Of a stretch of 64,000 nucleotides of DNA, positions 51,169 through 60,598 are shown piece by piece (within the stretch, counting starts at the first letter, position 1; each line of letters opens with the position of its first letter). Position numbers and translations under genes: made by a program. The notes below the pieces were generated by a model. The model ran no database searches. It was not told where the DNA came from and saw nothing but the letters and a program-made list of their open reading frames with translations. This stretch comes from an uncultured cyanobacterium (lineage in GTDB: Bacteria > Cyanobacteriota > Cyanobacteriia > PCC-6307 > Cyanobiaceae). The stretch is taken from NCBI GenBank assembly GCA_963697335.1, contig CAVONQ010000014.1, forward strand, positions 32,001 to 96,000, written 5' to 3'.

Positions 51169-51258
51169 TTCGAACAAGCCCCTCGAGTGGACAGGCCGCC
51201 GTCGAGTCTGCTTCGCGAGCTATAGCTTCTTGCCTGCCACTCAGGGGCAGCGTTAGCC
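51169..51258 (+). mobile_element. attC site 4
   Basis: TTCGAAC-AAGCCCCTCGAGTGGACAGGC...GCCTGCCACTCAGGGGCAGC-GTTAGCC; outer arms identical to attC 2. Confidence 0.9.
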
Positions 51259-51307
51259 GCATCAGATGCCGAGGCTGGGTAGACTGGAGATTGTCTCTTT
51301 GGTGGCG

Positions 51308-51541
51308 GTGCCAACAATCCTGAGGAGTGGGCCATACCGGGTCTATTTCCACAGCCACGAGCCTAATGAACCTCCTCATGTTCATGTTGATCGTGATCGA
51401 GCAAGCTGCAAGATGTGGTTAAATCCTGTCGCGCTGGCCTCAAGCCTGGGATTCAAGGCGGCAGAGCTTCGAGACATTGAGCGGCTTGTGAGTGCCAACA
51501 GGGCTATGCTGGTAAAAGCATGGGAGGAGTTTCATGGTTAA
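51308..51541 (+). CDS. Cassette 5: DUF4160 family protein (putative toxin)
   Basis: PTILRSGPYRVYFHSHE..EPPHVHV...K.WL...AWEEF. Confidence 0.88.
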   Translation: MPTILRSGPYRVYFHSHEPNEPPHVHVDRDRASCKMWLNPVALASSLGFKAAELRDIERLVSANRAMLVKAWEEFHG

Positions 51542-51794
51542 TCCTGGGGCGCGTGTCATGAACGTGAGTTCTACAGATGACGTTCTTGTTGTCGAGCTTG
51601 AGGACGGCAGAACTATTTCCGTTCCACTCGCTTGGTATCCAAGGCTGCTGCATGCGTCTCAGAAGGATCGTGATGACTGGCAAGTCGCCGGTGGTGGCTT
51701 TGGCATTCACTGGCCGACTATTGATGAGGATCTCAGCGTCGAAGGTCTGCTCCGTGGAGCACCAGCTCCCCGAGTCCGTGTGATGAGCAGCTAA
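51534..51794 (+). CDS. Cassette 5: DUF2442 family protein (putative antitoxin)
   Basis: LEDGRTISVPLAWYPRL..A...GIHWPTIDEDLSVEGLL; TAA stop lies in the attC R'' box. Confidence 0.9.
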   Translation: MVNPGARVMNVSSTDDVLVVELEDGRTISVPLAWYPRLLHASQKDRDDWQVAGGGFGIHWPTIDEDLSVEGLLRGAPAPRVRVMSS

Positions 51795-51891
51795 CACAGT
51801 CATGCACCTGACCCGCCACCGCAGATTCAATTCGCCCTTTGAGTTGCGTTCACCCCAGCTCTTTGCTGGCAGGTGACGGCAAGCGTTAGCC
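51789..51891 (+). mobile_element. attC site 5
   Basis: AGCTAAC...GCACCTGACC...GGCAGGTGAC...GTTAGCC; 103 bp. Confidence 0.8.
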
Positions 51892-51933
51892 CCCCCAAGC
51901 AGCTCGCAACCCATCAACTAGCCCTGTGTTGCC

Positions 51934-52329
51934 GTGTCCAAGACCATCCAAGCCGGCCTCACTTACTTCGCCATGGTGTTGGGTGCGGGGTTTCTACTTG
52001 GCATGATCAGGATTCCGTTCCTGGTGCCACGCATCGGCGAGCGTTGGGCGGAACTGGCGGAGATGCCCATCATGGCGATGGTCATCTACCTGGCGGCGGG
52101 AGCGATCCTTCGCCGATTCCCTGAGATTGGCTCTCCGAGCCGGTCCTTGATCGCAGGCCTGCTGGCCCTGGCGCTGATGGTGGCGGCGGAATTGGCGCTG
52201 GTCAGCGTGGTGCAAGGCATGCCACTCATGGAATTCATCGCCAGCCGAGACGTGGTGTCGGGCTCGGTCTATCTCGTTCTGCTGCTGGTGTTTGCCGTGA
52301 TGCCACGGCTTCGGCTCTCAGCACGATGA
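51934..52329 (+). CDS. Cassette 6: four-TM hypothetical protein (no attC found after it)
   Basis: YFAMVLGAGFLLG.IR...AELAEMP...RD.VSG. Confidence 0.75.
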   Translation: MSKTIQAGLTYFAMVLGAGFLLGMIRIPFLVPRIGERWAELAEMPIMAMVIYLAAGAILRRFPEIGSPSRSLIAGLLALALMVAAELALVSVVQGMPLMEFIASRDVVSGSVYLVLLLVFAVMPRLRLSAR

Positions 52330-52351
52330 AACCAGCTCCCTTCTGCCGGCT

Positions 52352-52804
52352 TTGAGCCTTTCTTCAGCGCCGCCCCAGTGCCTGGTGATCGGCATCGGCA
52401 ACCCCCTGCGCGGCGATGACGGCGTCGGGGCCCTGCTGGCCGAGCAGGTGGGCGGCCGTTGCATGCACCAGCTCACGCCGGAGCTGACCGCCGATCTGGC
52501 GCCGTTGCAGCGGGTGCTGTTCATCGATGCCTGGCTGGCACCAAAGCAGCCCGGCCCCGCGCCCCAGCCCCGGCTCGACCCACTGCCGGTCGCTTCGCGG
52601 CCCGCTGGCAGCGGCGCCAGCCATCACCTCGAGCCCGCCCAGTTGCTGGCGATCACCGCGGCCCTCTACGGCCGTGCCCCCAACGCCTCCTGGCTGCGCA
52701 TCCCCGCCCACAGCTTCAGCCACGGCAACGCTTTCTCCCCCCAGCTCCAGGCCTCACTGCCAGCGGCTCGCCGCCTGCTGCGTCGCTGGCTGGGGGAGTG
52801 CTGA
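52352..52804 (+). CDS. hoxW: Hydrogenase maturation protease
   Basis: VIGIGNPLRGDDGVG, HQLTPEL, FIDA, SHH. Confidence 0.88.
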   Translation: MSLSSAPPQCLVIGIGNPLRGDDGVGALLAEQVGGRCMHQLTPELTADLAPLQRVLFIDAWLAPKQPGPAPQPRLDPLPVASRPAGSGASHHLEPAQLLAITAALYGRAPNASWLRIPAHSFSHGNAFSPQLQASLPAARRLLRRWLGEC

Positions 52805-52920
52805 GATCCAATCGGCTGGCCAGGCGGTAGTCGTTCGGCCGCGCGCTGCTCCGCCCAGCTGGCCGCGCTCGATCCTTCGTTTTCCATCCCCCAATCCGAT
52901 GAACACTCCTCAGGCACCCC

Positions 52921-53175
52921 ATGCTCGCGGTCAGCACCGCCATCTCCGGCCTTCTGGCCCTCGGGCTGGTGGCCGCCACGGGCGGCGAAGCCCTGGCCGG
53001 CAAGGCCGGCATGGAAAAATGCGCCGGCATCGCCAAGGCCGGCATGAACGACTGCGGCACCAGCAAGCACTCCTGCGCCGGCGAGGCCAAGGTGTCCGGC
53101 GACCCGGAAGAGTGGGTCTACGTTCCCACAGGCACCTGCAAGAAGATCGTGGGGGGAAAGCTGAAGAAGTCCTGA
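52921..53175 (+). CDS. DUF2282 (BufA-like) exported Cys-rich precursor peptide
   Basis: Signal peptide; EKCAG.AKAG.NDC...HSCAG...W..VP.GTC.KI.GG. Confidence 0.88.
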   Translation: MLAVSTAISGLLALGLVAATGGEALAGKAGMEKCAGIAKAGMNDCGTSKHSCAGEAKVSGDPEEWVYVPTGTCKKIVGGKLKKS

Positions 53176-53257
53176 GCCTGCGTTGATCCAGGGGGCTCTG
53201 GTGTGGTGTGTCCTCCACCCTCCAGAGCCCCCGCCCTTCTGTTGCTCTGCGCCTGCC

Positions 53258-54082
53258 GTGGCTGATTCCAACATCCAGGGCGTAGGCGTGGGCCTGCGCC
53301 CTCCCCACTACGCCGACATCCTCAGCCGCTGGCCGGCACTTCCCTGGTTCGAAGCCCTCTCGGACAATTACCTCGGCGGGGGCCTGCCCCTGCATCACCT
53401 CAGCCTCATCCGCGAGCGCTATCCGATCACCCTGCACGGGGTGGGCCTCTCGCTCGGTTCGGTGGATCCGCTCAATCAGGCCTATCTCCAGCGCCTGAAA
53501 GCGCTGGTGGATCGGGTTGAGCCCAGTGTCGTGTCGGATCATCTGGCCTGGGTGTCCCAGGGGGGCCGCTATTTCCATGACCTCGCCCCACTCCCCTACA
53601 CCGAGGAGGCCCTGGTGCACGTGGCGGAACGCATCCAGCGCGTGCAGGACTTTCTGGGGCGACAGATCCTGATCGAGAACCTCTCCCCCTACGTGAGCTT
53701 TGCCGGAGCCGACTACCTCGAATGGGAGTTTCTCAGTGAGCTGGCCCGCCGGGCCGACTGTTTTCTGCTGTTGGATGTGAATAATGTGTTTGTCAATGCC
53801 TTCAATCACGGCTTCGATCCACTCCCCTATCTCGATGCCCTGCCCGCCGAGCGGGTGAAGGAAATCCATCTCGCCGGCTATGAAGAAGAGGGCAGCTTCC
53901 TGTTCGACACCCATGGCCGCGCCGTGCAGGATGGGGTCTGGGCGTTGTACCGGCAGGCCCTGCAGCGCTTTGCGCAGGTGCCGGCCCTGATCGAGTGGGA
54001 CACCGACATCCCCTCCCTCGATGTGCTGATGGCGGAGGCTGCCAAGGCGGAGGCGCTGCGCTCGGATCGAGCCCGGCCATGA
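53258..54082 (+). CDS. DUF692 multinuclear non-heme iron oxidase (MNIO, BufB-like)
   Basis: GVGLR..H, HGVGLSLG, SDHL, IENLS, LDVNN, EIHLAG, DTH, LIEWD. Confidence 0.93.
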   Translation: MADSNIQGVGVGLRPPHYADILSRWPALPWFEALSDNYLGGGLPLHHLSLIRERYPITLHGVGLSLGSVDPLNQAYLQRLKALVDRVEPSVVSDHLAWVSQGGRYFHDLAPLPYTEEALVHVAERIQRVQDFLGRQILIENLSPYVSFAGADYLEWEFLSELARRADCFLLLDVNNVFVNAFNHGFDPLPYLDALPAERVKEIHLAGYEEEGSFLFDTHGRAVQDGVWALYRQALQRFAQVPALIEWDTDIPSLDVLMAEAAKAEALRSDRARP

Positions 54083-54894
54083 AGCTGGCAGCGCTCCAGC
54101 AGCTCTTCGCCGCAGCGGCCCTGGGCACGGCCACTGAAGCCGAGCAGGCCCGGCTGGCCGCCCACCTGCAGGGCAGCCGGGTGCTGCCGGCCCGGCAGGG
54201 CATCGAGGCCTACCGCACCAGCGTCAACGGCAAACTGCGGCGCAGTCTTGAGCAGATCTATCCCGTGTGCCAGCGGCTGGTGGGCGAGGCGTTCTTCCAG
54301 GCCATGGCGTCTGCCTTCCTGGAGCAGAGCGTCTCCAACTCACCAGACCTGGGCGACTACGGCGCCGGGTTGCCCGCGTTCCTGGAGGAGTTCCAACCGG
54401 CCAGGAGCCTTCCCTACCTCGGGGATGTGGCGCAGCTGGAATGGCTCTGGCACCGGGCCTTCAATGCCCCGGATCAACCCAGCCTCAATCTGGAAGCCCT
54501 GGCTGCTGTGCCTCCCGAGCACTGGGATCGGCTCGTGTTCCGCTTGCCGGCCGGGGCCGCCCTGATCGCCTCCGACTACCCCATTCACCGCATCTGGGAG
54601 GTCAACACCCTCGCGGAGGCGGAGCACGACGAGATCGATCTCGATCAGGGAGGAGTGAGGATCTTGGTGTGGCGCAACGGCCACACCACCCGCCTCGATC
54701 TGCCCAGCGAGCCGGAGTGGCCGCTGCTCCAGGCCTTCGCGCGGGGATTGCCCTTCGGCGAAGTCTGCCGCCAGGGCGTGGAGATCCCCGGCGCCTCGAT
54801 CGCCGCCCTCCTGCCCCTCTGGGTGCAGCGCGGCTGGCTGCGGGAGTTCGAGCTGCAGGCTGCCGCTAGTGGATCAGAACAGGGCGATCCATAA
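54079..54894 (+). CDS. DUF2063 (BufC-like) partner protein
   Basis: YR......L...YP....LVGE.FF, DLGDYG, YLGDVAQLEW; ATGA overlap with DUF692 gene. Confidence 0.88.
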   Translation: MKLAALQQLFAAAALGTATEAEQARLAAHLQGSRVLPARQGIEAYRTSVNGKLRRSLEQIYPVCQRLVGEAFFQAMASAFLEQSVSNSPDLGDYGAGLPAFLEEFQPARSLPYLGDVAQLEWLWHRAFNAPDQPSLNLEALAAVPPEHWDRLVFRLPAGAALIASDYPIHRIWEVNTLAEAEHDEIDLDQGGVRILVWRNGHTTRLDLPSEPEWPLLQAFARGLPFGEVCRQGVEIPGASIAALLPLWVQRGWLREFELQAAASGSEQGDP

Positions 54895-55092
54895 ACTGCT
54901 GCGCCAGAAGGGTGTTGATGATGGCGCGCTGAGGGAAAGCGGATTTCAACAGGTGCTCGAGACACGATGAAGCGTCGCAACGCGCAGCAGCGATGCAGAA
55001 CATCAGAATGCCCAACAGCGTTAGTCTTCAACCAATCAGCCGCATGCGCTCTACAATGGTTGGCTTGTCATGAAAGAAGCCTGCTTCCAACA

Positions 55093-56796
55093 ATGTTGTC
55101 TCCATCCAAGCCATCTACCAAGCCCTGCGCAACAACCTTTGAGGAATTTGCGCGATTGGCAGACTATTCATTACTGGATGGCTTGAATGCTGATCCGGAT
55201 GCCACCGAAGATGGTGATGATCACCGGGTCAGGCAGGTCTTTTCAGGCCATTTCGTACCTGTCACGCCCACACCACTTGCCAACCCTGCCTATGTCGCCC
55301 ATAGCAGCACCTTGTTTGCTGAGCTTGGCCTGAGCGACGAGCTGGCCCTGAACAAGGACTTTCGCCAGGTCTTTTCCGGTGATCTGTCTGCCGCCCCCGA
55401 GCCCATGCATCGGGCTGGCTGGGCGACGGGTTATGCCCTGTCGATTTATGGCACCGAGTACATCCAGCAATGTCCGTTTGGCACGGGGAATGGTTATGGC
55501 GATGGTCGGGCCATCTCTGTCTTTGAAGGGGTGTTCAAGGGCCAGCGCTGGGAGATGCAGTTAAAAGGTGGCGGTCCCACACCCTATTGCCGTGGAGGTG
55601 ACGGGCGTGCCGTGTTGCGTTCCAGTGTGCGTGAGTTTCTGGCCCAGGAGCACATGCACGCTTTGGGTGTTCCCACATCGCGCTCGTTGACCCTCTATGT
55701 GTCAACATCCGAGACCGTCCTGCGGCCTTGGTATTCGCCGGAGTCCCGCTCCAGCGACCCCGATATCGTGGTGAGCAATCCTGTGGCTATTTCCACTCGC
55801 GTTGCACCATCTTTTCTGCGGGTTGGTCAACTGGAGCTGTTTGCTCGTCGTGCCCGGAGTAAGGCGCATCCGGGCGCCCTGGAAGAACTGCGCATGATCG
55901 TGTCCCATCTCATCGAGCGGGAGTATCGACAGGACATTGACCGAGGTCTTGCCTTTGTCGATCAGCTCGTTGAGCTGGCCAGGTGTTTTCGCGGCCGCCT
56001 CACCGCCCTGATCGCCAACTGGCTGAGGGTGGGGTACTGCCAGGGCAACTTCAACAGTGACAACTGCGCCGCTGGTGGCTTCACGCTCGACTATGGCCCA
56101 TTCGGATTCTGCGAGCTCTTTGACCCTGCCTTCCAGCCCTGGATCGGCGGCGGTGATCACTTCGCCTTCTTCAATCAACCCATGGCAGCCGAGGCGAATT
56201 TCCATATGTTCTGGACAGCTCTGCGACCACTGCTCGCAGACGATGCAGAAGCCTTGGACAGTTTCGACCACGTGCGTGGTGACTTTGCAGCAGCGATGGA
56301 AACGGAACTCCAAGCCATGTGGGCCGCCAAGCTTGGCTTGACCGAATCCAATCCGCCCCTTGTGACGGCATTGCTGCAGTTGATGGCGGAGACAAAGGTG
56401 GATTACACCATCTTCTTCCGCGAATTGTCTCATCTGCCAGACCAGGTCTCGGCCCTGAAAAGCAGCTTCTACGTCAACCCATCACAACAACTCGATCAGC
56501 AATGGCAGTCTTGGCTGCAACGCTGGCGCGACCTCGTCGGCAACGACCGTGATCCGGTTGAGGTGTCAGCACAGATGAAACAGGTGAACCCCAAATACAC
56601 CTGGCGAGAGTGGCTGATTGTTCCCGCTTACGAACAAGCCATGAAGGGCGACTACGCCTTGGTGAGGGAGTTGCAGGACGTTCTTTCCCATCCGTACGAT
56701 GAGCAATCGCAGGAGGTGGAAGCTCGCTACTACCGCTTGAAGCCTGAACAGTTTTTCCATGCAGGTGGCGTTTCGCACTACAGCTGTTCGTCGTGA
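55093..56796 (+). CDS. selO: Protein adenylyltransferase SelO/YdiU family
   Basis: [46 protein letters not shown]-terminal SCSS. Confidence 0.92.
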   Translation: MLSPSKPSTKPCATTFEEFARLADYSLLDGLNADPDATEDGDDHRVRQVFSGHFVPVTPTPLANPAYVAHSSTLFAELGLSDELALNKDFRQVFSGDLSAAPEPMHRAGWATGYALSIYGTEYIQQCPFGTGNGYGDGRAISVFEGVFKGQRWEMQLKGGGPTPYCRGGDGRAVLRSSVREFLAQEHMHALGVPTSRSLTLYVSTSETVLRPWYSPESRSSDPDIVVSNPVAISTRVAPSFLRVGQLELFARRARSKAHPGALEELRMIVSHLIEREYRQDIDRGLAFVDQLVELARCFRGRLTALIANWLRVGYCQGNFNSDNCAAGGFTLDYGPFGFCELFDPAFQPWIGGGDHFAFFNQPMAAEANFHMFWTALRPLLADDAEALDSFDHVRGDFAAAMETELQAMWAAKLGLTESNPPLVTALLQLMAETKVDYTIFFRELSHLPDQVSALKSSFYVNPSQQLDQQWQSWLQRWRDLVGNDRDPVEVSAQMKQVNPKYTWREWLIVPAYEQAMKGDYALVRELQDVLSHPYDEQSQEVEARYYRLKPEQFFHAGGVSHYSCSS

Positions 56797-56842
56797 TGCT
56801 GCATGACGGCGACGGTTCATCAACGCCCCCGCCTGAACGCCC

Positions 56843-57199
56843 ATGCATGAGCTCAGCATCATGGAAGCCGTGCGCGATCAGGCCCTGGCGCAGGCCGAGC
56901 GCCACGGCGGCGGCCTGATCACCGCCATCACCCTGCGCATCGGCAGCCTGGCCGGGGTGGAGCCCGACGCCCTGACGCTGGCCTTCGAGGTGGTGATGGC
57001 CGGCACCCCTGCCGCCGCGGCGCGGCTGCTGATCGAGCCGGTGGCGGCGGAATGTTTCTGCGCCGGTTGCCAGGCGCCGTTTCCTGCCCAGGATGGGGTG
57101 TGTGAATGCCCCCGCTGCGGCGCCATCAGCCGCCAACTGCTGCGGGGCCGCGAGCTGCAACTGGCCTCCCTCGAGCTGGCCGATCCGGAGCCCTGCTGA
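56843..57199 (+). CDS. hypA: Ni metallochaperone HypA
   Basis: MHELSI, CAGC and CPRC. Confidence 0.95.
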   Translation: MHELSIMEAVRDQALAQAERHGGGLITAITLRIGSLAGVEPDALTLAFEVVMAGTPAAAARLLIEPVAAECFCAGCQAPFPAQDGVCECPRCGAISRQLLRGRELQLASLELADPEPC

Positions 57200-57200
57200 G

Positions 57201-57926
57201 ATGTGCACCACCTGCCACTGCGGCCAGAGCGAACCGGCCGTGATCAGCGCCCCCGCCCCCAGCCCCCGGCGACTGGAGCTGGGAGCGGCCCTGCTCGCCC
57301 GCAACGACACCCGGGCGGCGGCCCTGCGGCAGCGGTTTGCAGCAGCAGGCCTGCCGGTGCTCAACCTGCTCTCCTCCCCCGGCTCCGGCAAAACCGCCCT
57401 GCTGGAGCGGTTGGGGCGCGAGTGGAGCGGCAGCGGCCGCCTGGGCGCGATCGTGGGCGACCTGGCCACCGACAACGACGCCCGCCGCCTGCGCGCCGCC
57501 GGCATCGAGGCAGTGCAGATCACCACCGGCCAGGCCTGCCACCTGGAGGCCGCGATGCTGGAGCCCGCGCTCGATCGCTTTGATCTGGCCGCCCTGGAGC
57601 TGCTGGTGATCGAGAACGTGGGCAACCTGGTGTGTCCGGCCGCCTACGACCTGGGCGAGAGCCTGCGGCTGGTGCTGCTGTCCGTCACCGAAGGGGAGGA
57701 CAAGCCGCTCAAATACCCCGCCATGTTCCACAGCGCCGATCTGGTGGTGATCAACAAGATCGACCTGGCCGCCGCTGTTGACTTCGACCGCGACCACGCC
57801 CGCCGCCACATCGCCCGGGTGGCGCCGGCCGCCCCCATCGTGGAGGTGTCGGCCCGCACCGGGGAGGGCATGGCCCAGCTGCGCGACGCCATCGCCGCCG
57901 GGCTGGCCGCACCGGCCCCGGCCTGA
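57201..57926 (+). CDS. hypB: Ni-incorporation GTPase HypB
   Basis: MCTTCHC, SSPGSGKT, CHL, ENVGNLVCP, EGEDKP, NKID. Confidence 0.95.
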   Translation: MCTTCHCGQSEPAVISAPAPSPRRLELGAALLARNDTRAAALRQRFAAAGLPVLNLLSSPGSGKTALLERLGREWSGSGRLGAIVGDLATDNDARRLRAAGIEAVQITTGQACHLEAAMLEPALDRFDLAALELLVIENVGNLVCPAAYDLGESLRLVLLSVTEGEDKPLKYPAMFHSADLVVINKIDLAAAVDFDRDHARRHIARVAPAAPIVEVSARTGEGMAQLRDAIAAGLAAPAPA

Positions 57927-57938
57927 GGCCACAGGTCC

Positions 57939-60404
57939 ATGTCCGATCCGGCCCGGTTGCTGCTGCACTGCCGCGGCACGGTGCAGGGGGTGGGCTTCCG
58001 GCCATTCGTGCACCGCCTGGCTAGCGCCCTCGCACTCACCGGCGAGGTGGAGAACGTGGACGGGGCGGTGCGGGTGGACCTGCACGGGGAACGCCCGGCC
58101 CTGGAGCGCTTTCTGGGCCGCCTCAGCCGCGAGCTGCCCGTTCCGGCACGCCTGGAGCCAGTGGAGCCCACCTGGTTGCCGCCCCTCTCCCAGCCACCGG
58201 CGGGCCTGCGCATCGCCGCGGCCGCCCCCCGGCCCCTGGGCACCGGCCTGATCGCCCCCTCCCTGGTGGCCGATCGGGCCCCCTGCCGTGCCTGCCTGGC
58301 CGAGCTGGCCGACCCCGCCAACCGCCGCCACCGCTACCCCTTCATCAGCTGCAGCGCCTGCGGGCCGCGCTACTCGATCGCCACCGCCACGCCCTTCGCC
58401 CGCGCCCACACCACTCTGGCGGCCTTCCCCCTCTGCCCCGCCTGCCGGCGGGAGTTCAGCGATCCGGCTGATCGCCGCTTCCACGCCGAGACGATCGGCT
58501 GCCCGGCCTGCGGGCCGCAGCTGAGCCTGACCCTGGCGGCGGCGGCAGATCCGGCCTGGGCCCGATTCGTTCAGGCGGCTGTAGCGCAAAGCGAACCGAT
58601 CCAGGCCGCGGCGGCGCTGCTGCTGGCCGGCGGCATCCTGGCGTTGCAGGGGGTGGGCGGCTTTCAGCTGCTGGTGGATGCTTCCCAGCCCGAGGCCATC
58701 GCCCGGCTGCGCCGGCTCAAGCGGCGCCCCCACAAGCCCCTGGCCCTGCTGGTGAGCGATCCAGCCGCCCTGGAGGGCTGCGTGCAGATCTCGCCCCTGG
58801 AGAGTGATCTGCTGCACGCCCCGGCCGCCCCGATCGTGCTGCTGAGGCGGGCCGATCCCCTGGCCCCGGAGGCCTGGCCGGGGGTGGCACCAGGCAGCGC
58901 CCAGCTGGGGGTGATGCTGAGCGCCTCGCCCCTGCACCTGCTGCTGGCCGAGGCCGTGGGCCGCCCCCTGGTGGCCACCAGCGGCAATCTCAGCGGTGAT
59001 CTGCTCTGCACCGAGCCTCTGGAGGCCCGCCAACGGTTGGCCGGCATCGCCGATGCGCTGCTGCACCACAACCGCCCCATCGCCCGCCCCCTCGACGACT
59101 CCCTGGTGCAGGTGGTGGAGGGCCGGCCACGGCTGCTGCGCCGGGCCCGGGGCCATGCCCCTGCCCCCCTGGCCCTGCCCCTGGGCCCGCCCGCCGACTG
59201 CTGCGCCCTGGCCCTGGGCGGCGACCTCAAAAACGCCGCCGCCCAGGCGAGCGAAGGGCGCATCTGGCTGGCGCCCCACCTGGGAGATCTGGCGGGGGCG
59301 CGCCAGCACAGCTTGCTGGAGGCCTGGTTGCAGGAGCAACTGGCGGGGCCGCAGCCGCCCCAGGCGATCGCCTGCGATGCCCATCCGGGCTATGCCAGCC
59401 AGCGGCTGGCATCCGCCGTCCAGGGCCGCGAGCAGCTGGTGCAGGTGCAGCACCACCGGGCCCACGGCCTCGCTGTGGCGGCGGAGCACGGCCTGCCGCT
59501 GCCCTTGCTGGTGTGGGCCTGGGATGGCCTGGGCTACGCCCCCGGCAACGGCAGGGGCAACAGCAGCAGCCAGCTCTGGGGCGGCGAACTGCTGCGGCTC
59601 CACAGTGCCGGATCCGAGCGGCTGGCCGCCCTGCGGCCCTTTCCCCTGCCCGGCGGCGAGCGGGCCATGCGGGAGCCCCGCCGGGTGGGGCTGGGCCTGC
59701 TGGCGACCCTGGAAGAAGGGCGCTGGCTCGACCACCCGGCCACGCAGCCCTGTCGCGAGGCCTTTGCCGAGGGGGAGCTGCCCCTGCTGCTGGAGGCCCT
59801 GCGGGCCGGCTGCCAGGCGCCCCAGACCTCGTCGGTGGGGCGGCTCTTCGATGGGGTGGCGTCGCTGCTGGGGGTGTGTCAACGGCAGAGCCATGAGGGC
59901 CAGGCCGGCCAGCTGCTGGAGGGTCTCGCCCGCCGCGCCCAGGCCCAGAGGGAGGCCAAGGGCCAGCGGGGGCCCCAGTCCAGGCGGGCCGGTGGCTCAC
60001 CGCTGTTGCCGCTGCTCCCGGCGCCGGACCTGCCCCTGGGCTGGCTGGACTGGCAGCCCTTGCTGCTCCACCTGCTGGAGCGGTGCAGCCAGGGGGTGGA
60101 CGCGGCCAGGTTGTCCCTGGCTGTGCACCAGGCCCTGGCCGATGCGATGGCGGCGGCTGCCGCTGCGGCCGTGCCTCCCGGGGCGCCGCTGGCCCTGGCG
60201 GGGGGCTGCTTCCAGAACGCCCTGCTGCTGGAGCTCTGCGCCGCGGCCGCCCGCTCCGCCGGGCTGCGGCCCTTCTGGAGTGAGCAGGTGCCCTGCAATG
60301 ACGGTGGCCTCGCCCTGGGCCAGCTGTGGGCAGTTCTGGGTGGCCCTCCTAGAACAGAAGCAGCCCTCGCGGCGCGGCCATGTGCCTGGCCACAGCTGGA
60401 TTGA
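57939..60404 (+). CDS. hypF: Carbamoyltransferase HypF
   Basis: GTVQGVGFRP, four CxxC motifs, QHHRAH, TSSVGRLFD, NDGGLALGQ. Confidence 0.95.
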   Translation: MSDPARLLLHCRGTVQGVGFRPFVHRLASALALTGEVENVDGAVRVDLHGERPALERFLGRLSRELPVPARLEPVEPTWLPPLSQPPAGLRIAAAAPRPLGTGLIAPSLVADRAPCRACLAELADPANRRHRYPFISCSACGPRYSIATATPFARAHTTLAAFPLCPACRREFSDPADRRFHAETIGCPACGPQLSLTLAAAADPAWARFVQAAVAQSEPIQAAAALLLAGGILALQGVGGFQLLVDASQPEAIARLRRLKRRPHKPLALLVSDPAALEGCVQISPLESDLLHAPAAPIVLLRRADPLAPEAWPGVAPGSAQLGVMLSASPLHLLLAEAVGRPLVATSGNLSGDLLCTEPLEARQRLAGIADALLHHNRPIARPLDDSLVQVVEGRPRLLRRARGHAPAPLALPLGPPADCCALALGGDLKNAAAQASEGRIWLAPHLGDLAGARQHSLLEAWLQEQLAGPQPPQAIACDAHPGYASQRLASAVQGREQLVQVQHHRAHGLAVAAEHGLPLPLLVWAWDGLGYAPGNGRGNSSSQLWGGELLRLHSAGSERLAALRPFPLPGGERAMREPRRVGLGLLATLEEGRWLDHPATQPCREAFAEGELPLLLEALRAGCQAPQTSSVGRLFDGVASLLGVCQRQSHEGQAGQLLEGLARRAQAQREAKGQRGPQSRRAGGSPLLPLLPAPDLPLGWLDWQPLLLHLLERCSQGVDAARLSLAVHQALADAMAAAAAAAVPPGAPLALAGGCFQNALLLELCAAAARSAGLRPFWSEQVPCNDGGLALGQLWAVLGGPPRTEAALAARPCAWPQLD

Positions 60405-60598
60405 TCCTGGCGATCGCGGACCCTGCCGATCCCCTCTGGCGCCGGGCCGATGTGGATTTCGGCGGCGTGCGCCAGCAGGTGAGCCTGGCCTGTCTGCCCC
60501 AGGCGCTGGTGGGCGATCGGGTGCTGGTGCACGTGGGGGTGGCCCTGGCGCTGGTGGACGACGACACCGAATCCCTCCTGGCGGAGCTGGAGCCATGA
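60380..60598 (+). CDS. hypC: HypC chaperone
   Basis: MCLA..G, VGD.VLVHVG. Confidence 0.93.
   Translation: MCLATAGLILAIADPADPLWRRADVDFGGVRQQVSLACLPQALVGDRVLVHVGVALALVDDDTESLLAELEP

Noticed and set aside
47423..51258. Repeats as a CRISPR array or insertion-sequence ends
   Set aside because: Separated by whole genes, no cas or transposase gene; R/L box structure fits attC.
54940..55026. GTTAGTC before selO as another att site
   Set aside because: No palindromic arms upstream and no matching R'' after selO.
56782..56796. Selenocysteine read-through at the selO TGA
   Set aside because: The protein already ends in the Cys-form SCSS; TGA is the ordinary stop.
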